Below the pieces are notes generated by a model. It was given only the letters and a program-made list of their open reading frames with translations, was not told where the DNA came from and searched no databases. This document shows positions 1 to 15,000 of a stretch of 64,000 bases of DNA, in pieces. Origin of the DNA: Phyllobates terribilis (Eukaryota); the NCBI RefSeq assembly GCF_046119375.1, contig NW_027362772.1:320230001-320294000 (forward strand). The letters are read 5' to 3'. The position numbers and the translations under genes were made by a program. The stretch's first letter is position 1, and each line of letters opens with the position of its first letter.

Positions 1-3000
1 GAACCCGGGGCCCAGGGACACTGCACCGCTGTAAGGTCAGACGCTGAATCCGAGGCCCAGGGACACTGCACCGCTGTAAGGTCAGACGCTGAACCCGGGG
101 CCCAGGGACACTGCACCGCTGTAAGGACAGACGCTGAACCCGGGGCCCAGGGACACTGCACCGCTGTAAGGTCAGACGCTGAACCCGGGACCCAGGGACA
201 CTGCACCGCTGTAAGGTCAGACGCTGGACCCGAGGCCCAGGGACACTGCACCGCTGTAAGGTCAGACGCTGAACCCGGGACCCAGGGACACTGCACCGCT
301 GTAAGGTCAGACGCTGGACCCGAGGCCCAGGGACACTGCACCGCTGTAAGGTCAGACGCTGAACCCGGGACCCAGGGTTACTGCACCGCTGTAAGGTCAG
401 ATGCTGAACCCGGGGCCCAGGGACACTGCACCGCTGTAAGGTCAGACGCTGAACCCGAGGCCCAGGGACACTGCACCACTGTAAGGTCAGACGCTGAACC
501 CGGGGCCCAGGGACACTGCACCGCTGTAAGGTCAGACGCTGAATCCGAGGCCCAGGGACACTGCACCGCTGTAAGGTCAGACACTGAACCCGGGGCCCAG
601 GGAGGCACACCGCACCGCTGTAAGGTCAGACGCTGAACCTAGGGCCCAGGGACACTGCACCGCTGTAAGGTCAGACGCTGAATCCGAGGCCCAGGGACAC
701 TGCACCGCTGTAAGGTCAGACACTGAACCCGGGGCCCAGGGAGGCACACCGCACCGCTGTAAGGTCAGACGCTGAACCTAGGGCCCAGGGACACTGCACC
801 GCTGTAAGGTCAGACGCTGAACCCAGGACCCAGGGACACTGCACCGCTGTAAGGTCAGACGCTGAACCCAGGACCCAGGGACACCGCACCGCTGTAAGGT
901 CAGACGCTGAACCCGGGGCCCAGGGACACTGCACCGCTGTAAGGTCAGACGCTGAACCCGGGGCCCAGGGACACTGCACCGCTATAAGGTCAGACGCTGA
1001 ACCCGGGGCCCAGGGACAGTGCACCGCTGTAAGGTCAGACGCTGAACCCGGGGCCCAGGGACACTGCACCGCTGTAAGGTCAGACGCTGAACTCGGGGCC
1101 CAGGGACACTGCACCGCTGTAAGGTCAGACGCTGAACCCGGGGCCCAGGGACACTGCACCGCTGTAAGGTCAGACGCTGAACCCGGGGCCCAGGGACACT
1201 GCACCGCTGTAAGGTCAGACGCTAAACCCAGGGCCTAGGGTCACTGCACCGCTGTAAGGTCAGACGCTGAACTCGAGGCCCAGGGACACCGCACCGCTGT
1301 AAGGTCAGACGCTGAACCCGGGGCCCAGGGACACTGCACCGCTGTAAGGTCAGACGCTGAACCCGGGGCCCAGGGACACTGCACCGCTGTAAGGACAGAC
1401 GCTGAACCCGGGGCCCAGGGACACTGCACCGCTGTAAGGTCAGACGCTGAACGCGGGACCCAGGGACACTGCACCGCTGTAAGGTCAGACGCTGAACCCG
1501 GGACCCAGGGTTACTGCACCGCTGTAAGGTCAGACGCTGAACCCGGGGCCCAGGGTTACTGCACCGCTGTAAGGTCAGACGCTGAACCCGGGACCCAGGG
1601 ACACTGCACCGCTGTAAGGTCAGACGCTGAACCCGGGGCCCAGGGATACTGCACCGCTGTAAGGTCAGACGCTGAACCCGGGACCCAGGGTTACTGCACC
1701 GCTGTAAGGTCAGATGCTGAACCCGGGGCCCAGGGACACTGCACCGCTGTAAGGTCAGACGCTGAACCCGAGGCCCAGGGACACTGCACCACTGTAAGGT
1801 CAGACGCTGAACCCGGGGCCCAGGGACACTGCACCGCTGTAAGGTCAGACGCTGAATCCGAGGCCCAGGGACACTGCACCGCTGTAAGGTCAGACACTGA
1901 ACCCGGGGCCCAGGGAGGCACACCGCACCGCTGTAAGGTCAGACGCTGAACCTAGGGCCCAGGGACACTGCACCGCTGTAAGGTCAGACGCTGAACCCAG
2001 GACCCAGGGACACCGCACCGCTGTAAGGTCAGACGCTGAACCCGGGGCCCAGGGACACTGCACCGCTGTAAGGTCAGACGCTGAACCCGGGGCCCAGGGA
2101 CACTGCACCGCTATAAGGTCAGACGCTGAACCCGGGGCCCAGGGACAGTGCACCGCTGTAAGGTCAGACACTGAACCCGGGGCCCAGGGACACTGCACCG
2201 CTGTAAGGTCAGACGCTGAACTCGGGGCCCAGGGACACTGCACCGCTGTAAGGTCAGACGCTGAACCCGGGGCCCAGGGACACTGCACCGCTGTAAGGTC
2301 AGACGCTAAACCCAGGGCCTAGGGTCACTGCACCGCTGTAAGGTCAGACGCTGAACTCGAGGCCCAGGGACACCGCACCGCTGTAAGGTCAGACGCTGAA
2401 CCCGGGGCCCAGGGACACTGCACCGCTGTAAGGTCAGACGCTGAACCCGGGACCCAGGGACACTGCACCGCTGTAAGGTCAGACGCTGAACCCGGGACCC
2501 AGGGACACTACATCGCTGTAATTTCAGACGCTGAACCCGGGACCCAGGGTTACTGCACCGCTGTAAGGTCAGATGCTGAACCCGGGGCCCAGGGACACTG
2601 CACCGCTGTAAGGTCAGACGCTGAACCCGAGGCCCAGGGACACTGCACCACTGTAAGGTCAGACGCTGAACTCGGGGCCCAGGGACACTGCACCGCTGTA
2701 AGGTCAGACGCTGAATCCGAGGCCCAGGGACACTGCACCGCTGTAAGGTCAGACGCTGAACCCGGGGCCCAGGGACACTGCACCGCTGTAAGGACAGACG
2801 CTGAACCCGGGGCCCAGGGACACTGCACCGCTGTAAGGTCAGACGCTGAACCCGGGACCCAGGGACACTGCACCGCTGTAAGGTCAGATGCTGAACCCGG
2901 GGCCCAGGGATACTGCACCGCTGTAAGGTCAGACGCTGAACCCGGGACCCAGGGTTACTGCACCGCTGTAAGGTCAGATGCTGAACCCGGGGCCCAGGGA

Positions 3001-6000
3001 CACTGCACCGCTGTAAGGTCAGACGCTGAACCCGGGGCCCAGGGACACTGCACCGCTGTAAGGTCAGACGCTGAACCCGGGACCCAGGGACACTGCACCG
3101 CTGTAAGGTCAGATGCTGAAACCGGGGCCCAGGGACACTGCACCACTGTAAGGTCAGACGCTGAACCCGGGGACCAGGGACACTGCACCGCTGTAAGGTC
3201 AGACGCTGAACCCGGGGCCCAGGGACACTGCACCGCTGTAAGGTCAGACGCTGAACCCAAGGCCCAGGGACACTGCACCGCTGTAAGGTCAGACGCTGAG
3301 CCCAAGGCCCAGGGACACTGCACCGCTGTAAGGTCAGACGCTGAACCCGGGACCCAGGGACACTGCACCACTGTAAGGTCAGACGCTGAACCCGGGGCCC
3401 AGGGACACTGCACCGCTGTAAGGTCAGACGCTAAACCCGGGGCCCAGGGACACTGCACCGCTGTAAGGTCAGACGCTGAACCCGGGGCCCAGGGACACTG
3501 CACCGCTGTAAGGTCAGACGCTAAACCCGGGGCCCAGGGACACTGCACCGCTGTTAGGTCAGACGCTGAACCCGGGGCCCAGGGACACTGCACCACTGTA
3601 AGGTCAGACGCTGAACCCGGGGCCCAGGGACACTGCACCGCTGTAAGGTCAGATGCTGAACCTGGGGCCCAGGGACACTGCACCGCTGTGAGGTCAGACG
3701 CTGAACCCGGGGCCCAGGGACACTGCACCGCTGTAAGGCCAGACGCTGAACCCGGGGCCCAGGGACACTGCACCGCTGTAAGGTCAGACGCTGAACCTAG
3801 GGCCCAGGGACACTGCACCGCTGTAAGGTCAGACGCTGAACCTAGGGCCCAGGGACACTGCACCGCTGTAAGGTCAGACGCTGAACCTAGGGCCCAGGGA
3901 CACTGCACCGCTGTAAGGTCAGACACTGAACCCAGGGCCCAGGGAGGCACACCGCACCGCTGTAAGGTCAGACGCTGAAAGTAGGGCCCAGGGACACTGC
4001 ACCGCTGTAAGGTCAGACACTGAACCCGGGGCCCAGGGACACTGCACCGCTGTAAGGTCAGGGCCTGAACCCGGGGCCCAGGGACACCGCACCGCTGTAA
4101 GGTCAGACGCTGAACTCGGGTCCCAGGGACACTGCACCGCTGTAAGGTCAGACACTGAACCCGGCGCCCAGGGACACAGCACCGCTGTAAGGTCAGACAC
4201 TGAACCAGACGCCCAGGGACACTGCACCGCTGTAAGGTCAGGCGCTGAACCCGGGGCCCAGGGACACCGCACCGCTGTAAGGTCAGACGCTGAACCCGGG
4301 GCCCAGGGACACTGCACCGCTGTAAGGTCAGACGCTGAACCCGGGACCCAGGGACACTGCACCGCTGTAAGGTCAGATGCTGAACCCGGGGCCCAGGGAT
4401 ACTGCACCGCTGTAAGGTCAGACGCTGAACCCGGGACCCAGGGTTACTGCACCGCTGTAAGGTCAGATGCTGAACCCGGGGCCCAGGGACACTGCACCGC
4501 TGTAAGGTCAGACGCTGAACCCGGGGCCCAGGGACACTGCACCGCTGTAAGGTCAGACGCTGAACCCGGGACCCAGGGACACTGCACCGCTGTAAGGTCA
4601 GATGCTGAAACCGGGGCCCAGGGACACTGCACCACTGTAAGGTCAGACGCTGAACCCGGGGACCAGGGACACTGCACCGCTGTAAGGTCAGACGCTGAAC
4701 CCGGGGCCCAGGGACACTGCACCGCTGTAAGGTCAGACGCTGAACCCAAGGCCCAGGGACACTGCACCGCTGTAAGGTCAGACGCTGAGCCCAAGGCCCA
4801 GGGACACTGCACCGCTGTAAGGTCAGACGCTGAACCCGGGACCCAGGGACACTGGACCACTGTAAGGTCAGACGCTGAACCCGGGACCCAGGGACACTGC
4901 ACCACTGTAAGGTCAGACGCTGAACCCGGGGCCCAGGGACACTGCACCGCTGTAAGGTCAGACGCTAAACCCGGGGCCCAGGGACACTGCACCGCTGTAA
5001 GGTCAGACGCTGAACCCGGGGCCCAGGGACACTGCACCGCTGTAAGGTCAGACGCTAAACCCGGGGCCCAGGGACACTGCACCGCTGTTAGGTCAGACGC
5101 TGAACCCGGGGCCCAGGGACACTGCACCACTGTAAGGTCAGACGCTGAACCCGGGGCCCAGGGACACTGCACCGCTGTAAGGTCAGATGCTGAACCTGGG
5201 GCCCAGGGACACTGCACCGCTGTGAGGTCAGACGCTGAACCCGGGGCCCAGGGACACTGCACCGCTGTAAGGCCAGACGCTGAACCCGGGGCCCAGGGAC
5301 ACTGCACCGCTGTAAGGTCAGACGCTGAACCTAGGGCCCAGGGACACTGCACCGCTGTAAGGTCAGACGCTGAACCTAGGGCCCAGGGACACTGCACCGC
5401 TGTAAGGTCAGACGCTGAACCTAGGGCCCAGGGACACTGCACCGCTGTAAGGTCAGACGCTGAACCCAGGACCCAGGGACACCGCACCGCTGTAAGGTCA
5501 GACGCTGAACCCGGGGCCCAGGGACACTGCACCGCTGTAAGGTCAGGGCCTGAACCCGGGGCCCAGGGACACCGCACCGCTGTAAGGTCAGACGCTGAAC
5601 TCGGGTCCCAGGGACACTGCACCGCTGTAAGGTCAGACACTGAACCCGGCGCCCAGGGACACCGCACCGCTGTAAGGTCAGACACTGAACCAGACGCCCA
5701 GGGACACTGCACCGCTGTAAGGTCAGGCGCTGAACCCGGGGCCCAGGGACACCGCACCGCTGTAAGGTCAGACGCTGAACCCGGGGCCCAGGGACACTGC
5801 ACCGCTGTAAGGTCAGGCGCTGAACCCGGGGCCCAGGGACACTGCACCGCTGTAAGGTCAGGCGCTGAACCCGGGGCCCAGGGACACCGCACCGCTGTAA
5901 GGTCAGACGCTTAACCCGGGGCCCAGGGACACTGCACCGTTGTAAGGTCAGGCGCTGAACCCAGGGCCCAGGGACACTGCACGGCTGTAAAGCCAGACGC

Positions 6001-9000
6001 TGAACCCGGGGCCAAGGGACACTGCACCGCTGTAAGGTCAGAAGCTGAACCCGGGGCCCAGGGACACTGCACCGCTGTAAGGTCAGAAGCTGAACCCGGG
6101 GCCCAGGGACACTGCACCGCTGTAAGGTCAGACGCTGAACCCGGGTCCCAGGGACACTGCACCACTGTAAGGTCAGACGCTAAACCCAGGACCCAGGGAC
6201 ACCGCACTGCTGTAAGGTCAGACGCTGAACCCGAGGCCCAGGGACACCGCACCGCTGTAAGGTCAGACGCTGAACCCGAGGCCCAGGGACACTGCACCGC
6301 TGTAAGGTCAGACGCTGAACCCGAGGCCCAGGGACACCGCACCGCTGTAAGGTCAGACGCTGAACCCGGGGCCCAGGGACACTGCACCGCTGTAAGGTCA
6401 GGCGCTGAACCCGGGGCCCAGGGACACCGCACCGCTGTAAGGTCAGACGCTGAACCCGGGGCCCAGGGACACTGCACCGCTGTAAGGTCAGATGCTGAAC
6501 CCGGGGCCCAGGGACACTGCACCGCTGTAAGGTCAGACGCTGAACCCGGGGCCCAGGGACACTGCACCGCTGTAAGGTCAGATGCTGAACCCGGGGCCCA
6601 GGGACACTGCACCGCTGTAAGGTCAGACGCTGAACCCGGGGCCCAGGGACACTGCACCGCTGTAAGGTCAGACGCTGAACCCGGGACCCAGGGACACTGC
6701 ACCGCTGTAAGGACAGACTCTGAACCCGGGACCCAGGGACACTGCACCACTGTCAGGTCAGACGCTGAACCCGGGGCCCAGGGACACTGCACCGCTGTAA
6801 GGTCAGATGCTGAACCCGGGGCCCAGGGACACTGCACCGCTGTAAGGTCAGACGCTGAACCCGGTGCCCAGGGACACTGCACCGCTGTAAGGTCAGATGC
6901 TGAACCCGGGGCCCAGGGACACTGCACCGCTGTAAGGTCAGACGCTGAACCCGGGGCCCAGGGACACTGCACCGCTGTAAGGTCAGATGCTGAACCCGGG
7001 GCCCAGGGACACCGCACCGCTGTAAGGTCAGACGCTGAACCCGGGGCCCAGGGACACCGCACCGCTGTAAGGTCAGACGCTGAACCCGGGACCCAGGGAC
7101 ACTGCACCGCTGTAAGGTCAGACGCTGAACCCGGGGCCCAAGGACACTGCACCGCTGTAAGGTCAGACGCTGAACCCGGGGACCAGGGACACTGCACCGC
7201 TGTAAGGTCAGACGCTGAACCCGGGGCCCAGGGACACTGCACCGCTGTAAGGACAGACGCTGAACCCGGGGCCCAAGGACACTGCACCGCTGTAAGGTCA
7301 GATGTTGAACCCGGGGACCAGGGACACTGCACCGCTGTAAGGTCAGACGCTGAACCCGGGGCCCAGGGACACTGCACCGCTGTAAGGTCAGACGCTGAAC
7401 CCGGGGCCCAGGGACACTGCACCGCTGTAAGGTCAGACGCTGAACCCGGGGCCCAGGGACACTGCACCGCTGTAAGGACAGACGCTGAACCCGGGGCCCA
7501 AGGACACTGCACCGCTGTAAGGTCAGACGCTGAACCCGGGGACCAGGGACACTGCACCGCTGTAAGGTCAGACGCTGAACCCGGGGCCCAAGGACACTGC
7601 ACCGCTGTAAGGTCAGACGCTGAACCCGGGGACCAGGGACACTGCACCGCTGTAAGGTCAGATGCTGAACCCGGGGCCCAGGGACACTGCACCGCTGTAA
7701 GGTCAGACTCTGAACCCGGGACCCAGGGACACTGCACCGCGGTAAGGTCAGACGCTGAACCCGGGGCCCAGGGAGGGACACTGCACCACTGTAAGGTCAG
7801 ACGCTGAACCCGGGACCCAGGGACACTGCACCACTGTAAGGTCAGACGCTGAACCCGAGGCCCAGGGACACTGCACCGCTGCAAGGTCAGACTCTGAACC
7901 CGGGGCCCGGGGACACTGCACCGCTGTAAGGTCAGATGCTGAACCCGGGGCCCAGGGACACTGCACCACTGTTAGGTCAGACGCTGAACCCGGGGCCCAG
8001 GGACACTGCACCACTGTAAGGTCAGACGCTGAACCCGGGGCCCAGGGACACTGCACCGCTGTTAGGTCAGACGCTGAACCCGGGGCCCAGGGACACTGCA
8101 CCGCTGTAAGGTCAGACGCTGAACCCGGGGCCCAGGGACACTGCACCGCTGTAAGGTCAGGCGCTGAACCCGGGGCCCAGGGACACTGCACCGCTGTAAG
8201 GTCAGACGCTTAACCCGGGGCGCAGGGACACTGCACCGTTGTAAGGTCAGACGCTGAACCCGGGGCCCAAGGACACTGCACCGCTGTGAGGTCAGGCGCT
8301 GAACCCAGGGCCCAGGGACACTGCACCGCTGTAAGGTCAGACGCTGAACCCGGGGCCAAATGACACTGCACCGCTGTAAGGTCAGAAGCTGAACCCGGGG
8401 CCCAGGGACACTGCACCGCTGTAAGGCCAGACGCTGAACCCGAGGCCCAGGGACACTGCACCGCTGTAAGGTCAGACGCTGAACCCGAGGCCCAGGGACA
8501 CCGCACCGCTGTAAGGTCAGACGCTGAACCCGGGGCCCAGGGACACTGCACCGCTGTAAGGTCAGGCGCTGAACCCGGGGCCCAGGGACACCGCACCGCT
8601 GTAAGGTCAGACGCTGAACCCGGGGCCCAGGGACACTGCACCGCTGTAAGGTCAGACGCTGAACCCGGGGCCCAGGGACACTGCACCGCTGTAAGGTCAG
8701 ACGCTGAACCCGGGGCCCAGGGACACTGCACCGCTGTAAGGTCAGACGCTGAACCCGGGGCCCAGGGACACTGCACCGCTGTAAGGTCAGATGCTGAACC
8801 CGGGGCCCAGGGACACTGCACCGCTGTAAGGTCAGACGCTGAACCCGGGGCCCAGGGACACTGCACCGCTGTAAGGTCAGACGCTGAACCCGGGGCCCAG
8901 GGACACTGCACCACTGTAAGGACAGACGCTGAACCCGGGTCCCAGGGACACTGCACCGCTGTAAGGTCAGATGCTGAACCCGGGGCCCGAGGACACTGCA

Positions 9001-12000
9001 CCGCTGTAAGGTCAGACGCTGAACCCGGGGCCCACGGACACTGCACCGCTGTAAGGTCAGACTCTGAACCCGGGGCCCAGGGACACTGCACCGCTGTGAG
9101 GTCAGACTCTGAACCCGGGGCCCAGGGACACTGCACCGCTGTAAGGTCAGACTCTGAACCCGGGACCCAGGGACACTGCACCGCTGTAAGTTCAGACTCT
9201 GAACCCGGGGCCCAGGGACACTGCACCGCTGTAAGGTCAGATGCTGAACCCGGGGCCCAGGGACACTGCACCACTGTTAGGTCAGACGCTGAACCCGGGG
9301 CCCAGGGACACTGCACCACTGTAAGGTCAGACGCTGAACCCGGGGCCCAGGGACACTGCACCGCTGTAAGGTCAGATGCTGAACCCGGGGCCCAGGGACA
9401 CTGCACCGCTGTAAGGTCAGATGCTGAACCCGGGGCCCAGGGACACTGCACCGCTGTAAGGTCAGACGCTGAACCCGGGGCCCAGGGACACTGCACCGCT
9501 GTAAGGTCAGACGCTGAACCCGGGGCCCAGGGACACTGCACCACTGTAAGGACAGACGCTGAACCCGGGGCCCAGGGACACTGCACCGCTGTTAGGTCAG
9601 ACGCTGAACCCGGGGCCCAGGGACACTGCACCGCTGTAAGGTCAGACGCTGAACCCGGGGCCCAGGGACACTGCACCGCTGTAAGGTCAGATGCTGAACC
9701 CGGGGCCCAGGGACACTGCACCGCTGTAAGGTCAGACGCTGAACCCGGGGCCCAGGGACACTGCACCGCTGTAAGGTCAGATGCTGAACCCGGGGCCCAG
9801 GGACACTGCACCGCTGTAAGGTCAGATGCTGAACCCGGGGCCCAGGGACACTGCACCACTGTAAGGACAGACGCTGAACCCGGGGCCCAGGGACACTGCA
9901 CCGCTGTAAGGTCAGATGCTGAACCCGGGGCCCAGGGACACTGCACCGCTGTAAGGTCAGATGCTGAACCCGGGGCCCAGGGACACTGCACCGCTGTAAG
10001 GTCAGATGCTGAACCCGGGGCCCAGGGACACTGCACCGCTGTAAGGTCAGACGCTGAATCCGAGGCCCAGGGACACTGCACCGCTGTAAGGTCAGACGCT
10101 GAACCCGGGGCCCAGGGACACTGCACCGCTGTAAGGTCAGACGCTGAACCCGGGGCCCAGGGACACTGCACCACTGTAAGGACAGACGCTGAACCCGGGG
10201 CCCAGGGACACAGCACCACTGTAAGGTCAGACGCTGAACCCGGGGCCCAGGGACACTGTACCGCTGTAAGGTCAGACGCTAAACCCGGGGCCCAGGGAGG
10301 GACACTGCACCACTGTAAGGACAGACGATGAACCCGGGTCCCAGGGACACTGCACCGCTGTAAGGTCAGACGCTGAACCCAGGACCCAGGGACACTGCAC
10401 CGCTGTAAGGTCAGACGCTGAACCCGGGGCCCAGGGACACTGCACCGCTGTAAGGTCAGACGCTGAACCCGGGGCCCAGGGACACTGCACCGCTGTAAGT
10501 TCAGACGCTGAACCCGGGGCCCAGGGACACTGCACCGCTGTAAGGTCAGACGCTGAACCCGGAACCCAGGTACACTGCACCGCTGTAAGGTCAGACGCTG
10601 AACCCGGGGCCCAGGGACACTGCACCGCTGTAAGGTCAGACGCTGAACCCGGGGCCCAGGGACACTGCACCGCTGTAAGGTCAGACGCTGAACCCGAGGC
10701 CCAGGGAGGGACACTGCACCGCTGTAAGGTCAGACGCTGAACCCGGGGCCCAGGGACACTGCACCACTGTAAGGACAGACGCTGAACCCGGGTCCCAGGG
10801 ACACTGCACCGCTGTAAGGTCAGACGCTGAACCCGGGGCCCAGGGACACTGCACCGCTGTAAGGTCAGACGCTGAACCCGGGGCCCAGGGACACTGCACC
10901 GCTGTAAGGTCAGACGCTGAACCCAGGGCCCAGGGACACTGCACCGCTGTAAGGACAGACGCTGAACCCGGGTCCCAGGGACACTGCACCGCTGTAAGTT
11001 CAGACGCTGAACCCGAGGCCCAGGGACACCGCACCGCTGTAAGGTCAGACGCTGAACCCGAGGCCCAGGGACACTGCACCGCTGTAAGGTCAGACGCTGA
11101 ACCCGGGGCCCAGAGACACTGCACCGCTGTAAGGTCAGACGCTGAACCCGGGGCCCAGGGACACTGCACCGCTGTAAGGTCAGACGCTGAACCCGAGGCC
11201 CAGGGACACCGCACCGCTGTAAGGTCAGACGCTGAACCCGAGGCCCAGGGACACTGCACCGCTGTAAGGTCAGACGATGAACCCGGGGCCCAGAGACACT
11301 GCACCGCTGTAAGGTCAGACGCTGAACCCGGGGCCCAGGGACACTGCACCGCTGTAAGGTCAGACGCTGAACCCGAGGCCCAGGGACACCGCACCGCTGT
11401 AAGGTCAGACGCTGAACCCGAGGCCCAGGGACACCGCACCGCTGTAAGGTCAGAAGCTGAACCCGGGGCCCAGGGACACTGCACCGCTGTAAGGTCAGGC
11501 ACTGAACCCGGGGCCCAGGGACACCGCACCGCTGTAAGGTCAGGCACTGAACCCGGGGCCCAGGGACACCGCACCGCTGTAAGGTCAGACGCTGAACCCG
11601 GGGCCCAGGGACACTGCACCGCTGTAAGGTCAGACGCTGAACCCGGGGCCCAGGGACACTGCACCGCTGTAAGGTCAGACGCTGAACAAAGGGGCCCAGG
11701 GACACTGCACCGCTGTAAGGTCAGACGCTGAACCCGGGGCTCAGGGACACTGCACCGCTGTAAGGTCAGACGCTGAACCCGGTGCCCAGGGACACTGCAC
11801 CGCTGTAAGGTCAGACGCTGAACCCGGGGCCCAGGGACACTGCACCGCTGTGAGGTCAGACGCTGAACCCGGGGCCCAGGGACACTGCACCGCTGTAAGG
11901 CCAGACGCTGAACCCAGGGCCCAGGGACACTGCACCGCTGTAAGGTCAGACGCTGAACCCAGGGCCCAGGGACACTGCACCGCTGTAAGGTCAGGGCCTG

Positions 12001-15000
12001 AACCCGGGGCCCAGGGACACCGCACCGCTGTAAGGTCAGACGCTGAACTCGGGTCCCAGGGACACCGCACCGCTGTAAGGTCAGACACTGAACCAGGCGC
12101 CCAGGGACACTGCACCGCTGTAAGGTCAGATGCTGAACCCGGGGCCCAGGGACACTGCACCGCTGTAAGGTCAGACGCTGAACCCGGGGCCCAGGGACAC
12201 TGCACCGCTGTAAGGTCAGACGCTGAACCCGGGGCCCAGGGACACTGCACCACTGTAAGGACAGACGCTGAACCCGGGGCCCAGGGACACTGCACCGCTG
12301 TTAGGTCAGACGCTGAACCCGGGGCCCAGGGACACTGCACCGCTGTAAGGTCAGACGCTGAACCCGGGGCCCAGGGACACTGCACCGCTGTAAGGTCAGA
12401 TGCTGAACCCGGGGCCCAGGGACACTGCACCGCTGTAAGGTCAGATGCTGAACCCGGGGCCCAGGGACACTGCACCGCTGTAAGGACAGACGCTGAACCC
12501 GGGGCCCAGGGACACTGCACCGCTGTAAGGTCAGATGCTGAACCCGGGGCCCAGGGACACTGCACCGCTGTAAGGTCAGATGCTGAACCCGGGGCCCAGG
12601 GACACTGCACCGCTGTAAGGTCAGATGCTGAACCCGGGGCCCAGGGACACTGCACCGCTGTAAGGTCAGACGCTGAATCCGAGGCCCAGGGACACTGCAC
12701 CGCTGTAAGGTCAGACGCTGAACCCGGGGCCCAGGGACACTGCACCACTGTAAGGACAGACGCTGAACCCGGGGCCCAGGGACACAGCACCACTGTAAGG
12801 TCAGACGCTGAACCCGGGGCCCAGGGACACTGTACCGCTGTAAGGTCAGACGCTAAACCCGGGGCCCAGGGAGGGACACTGCACCACTGTAAGGACAGAC
12901 GATGAACCCGGGTCCCAGGGACACTGCACCGCTGTAAGGTCAGACGCTGAACCCAGGACCCAGGGACACTGCACCGCTGTAAGGTCAGACGCTGAACCCG
13001 GGGCCCAGGGACACTGCACCGCTGTAAGTTCAGACGCTGAACCCGGGGCCCAGGGACACTGCACCGCTGTAAGGTCAGACGCTGAACCCGGAACCCAGGT
13101 ACACTGCACCGCTGTAAGGTCAGACGCTGAACCCGGGGCCCAGGGACACTGCACCGCTGTAAGGACAGACGCTGAACCCGGAACCCAGGGACACTGCACC
13201 GCTGTAAGGTCAGACGCTGAACCCGGGGCCCAGGGACACTGCACCGCTGTAAGGTCAGACGCTGAACCCGAGGCCCAGGGAGGGACACTGCACCGCTGTA
13301 AGGTCAGACGCTGAACCCGGGGCCCAGGGACACTGCACCACTGTAAGGACAGACGCTGAACCCGGGTCCCAGGGACACTGCACCGCTGTAAGGTCAGACG
13401 CTGAACCCGGGGCCCAGGGACACTGCACCGCTGTAAGGTCAGACGCTGAACCCGGGGCCCAGGGACACTGCACCGCTGTAAGGTCAGACGCTGAACCCAG
13501 GGCCCAGGGACACTGCACCGCTGTAAGGACAGACGCTGAACCCGGGTCCCAGGGACACTGCACCGCTGTAAGTTCAGACGCTGAACCCGAGGCCCAGGGA
13601 CACCGCACCGCTGTAAGGTCAGACGCTGAACCCGAGGCCCAGGGACACTGCACCGCTGTAAGGTCAGACGCTGAACCCGGGGCCCAGAGACACTGCACCG
13701 CTGTAAGGTCAGACGCTGAACCCGGGGCCCAGGGACACTGCACCGCTGTAAGGTCAGACGCTGAACCCGAGGCCCAGGGACACCGCACCGCTGTAAGGTC
13801 AGACGCTGAACCCGAGGCCCAGGGACACTGCACCGCTGTAAGGTCAGACGCTGAACCCGGGGCCCAGAGACACTGCACCGCTGTAAGGTCAGACGCTGAA
13901 CCCGGGGCCCAGGGACACTGCACCGCTGTAAGGTCAGACGCTGAACCCGAGGCCCAGGGACACCGCACCGCTGTAAGGTCAGAAGCTGAACCCGGGGCCC
14001 AGGGACACTGCACCGCTGTAAGGTCAGGCACTGAACCCGGGGCCCAGGGACACTGCACCGCTGTAAGGTCAGGCACTGAACCCGGGGCCCAGGGACACCG
14101 CACCGCTGTAAGGTCAGACGCTGAACCCGGGGCCCAGGGACACTGCACCGCTGTAAGGTCAGACGCTGAACCCGGGGCCCAGGGACACTGCACCGCTGTA
14201 AGGTCAGACGCTGAACAAAGGGGCCCAGGGACACTGCACCACTGTAAGGTCAGACGCTGAACAAAGGGGCCCAGGGACAATGCACCGCTGTAAGGTCAGA
14301 CGCTGAACAAAGGGGCCCAGGGACACTGCACCGCTGTAAGGTCAGACGCTGAACAAAGGGGCCCAGGGACAATGCACCGCTGTAAGGTCAGACGCTGAAC
14401 CCGGGGCCCAGGGACACTGCACCGCTGTAAGGTCAGACGCTGAACCCGGGGCCCAGGGACACTGCACCGCTGTAAGGTCAGATGCTGAACCCGGGGCCCA
14501 GGGACACTGTACCGCTGTAAGGTCAGACGCTGAACCCGGGGCCCAGGGACACTGCACCGCTGTAAGGACAGACGCTGAACCCGGGGCCCAGGGACACTGT
14601 ACCGCTGTAAGGTCAGACGCTGAACCCGGGGCCCAGGGACACTGTACCGCTGTAAGGTCAGATGCTGAACCCGGGACCCAGGGACACTGCACCACTGTAA
14701 GGACAGACGCTGAACCCGGGGCCCAGGGACACTGCACCGCTGTAAGGACAGACGCTGAACCCGGGGCCCAGGGAGGGACACTGCACCACTGTAAGGACAG
14801 ACGCTGAACCCGGGTCCCAGGGACACTGCACCGCTGTAAGGTCAGACGCTGAACCCGGGGCCCAGGGAGGGACACTGCACCACTGTAAGGACAGACGCTG
14901 AACCCGGGTCCCAGGGACACTGCACCACTGTAAGGACAGACGCTGAACCCGGGGCCCAGGGACACTGCACCGCTGTAAGGTCAGACGCTGAACCCGGGGC

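Noticed and set aside
2-13. Minus-strand GGCCCCGGGTTC in the 45-bp unit, resembling a tRNA-Ala T-arm start
   Set aside because: The match is only about 12 nt, the B box is not completed (GTTCAGCG) and there is no A box.
28-41. Splice-donor-like CT|GTAAGG and AAG|GTCAGA in every unit
   Set aside because: Short motifs with no host exon identified in the window, so the claim cannot be supported.
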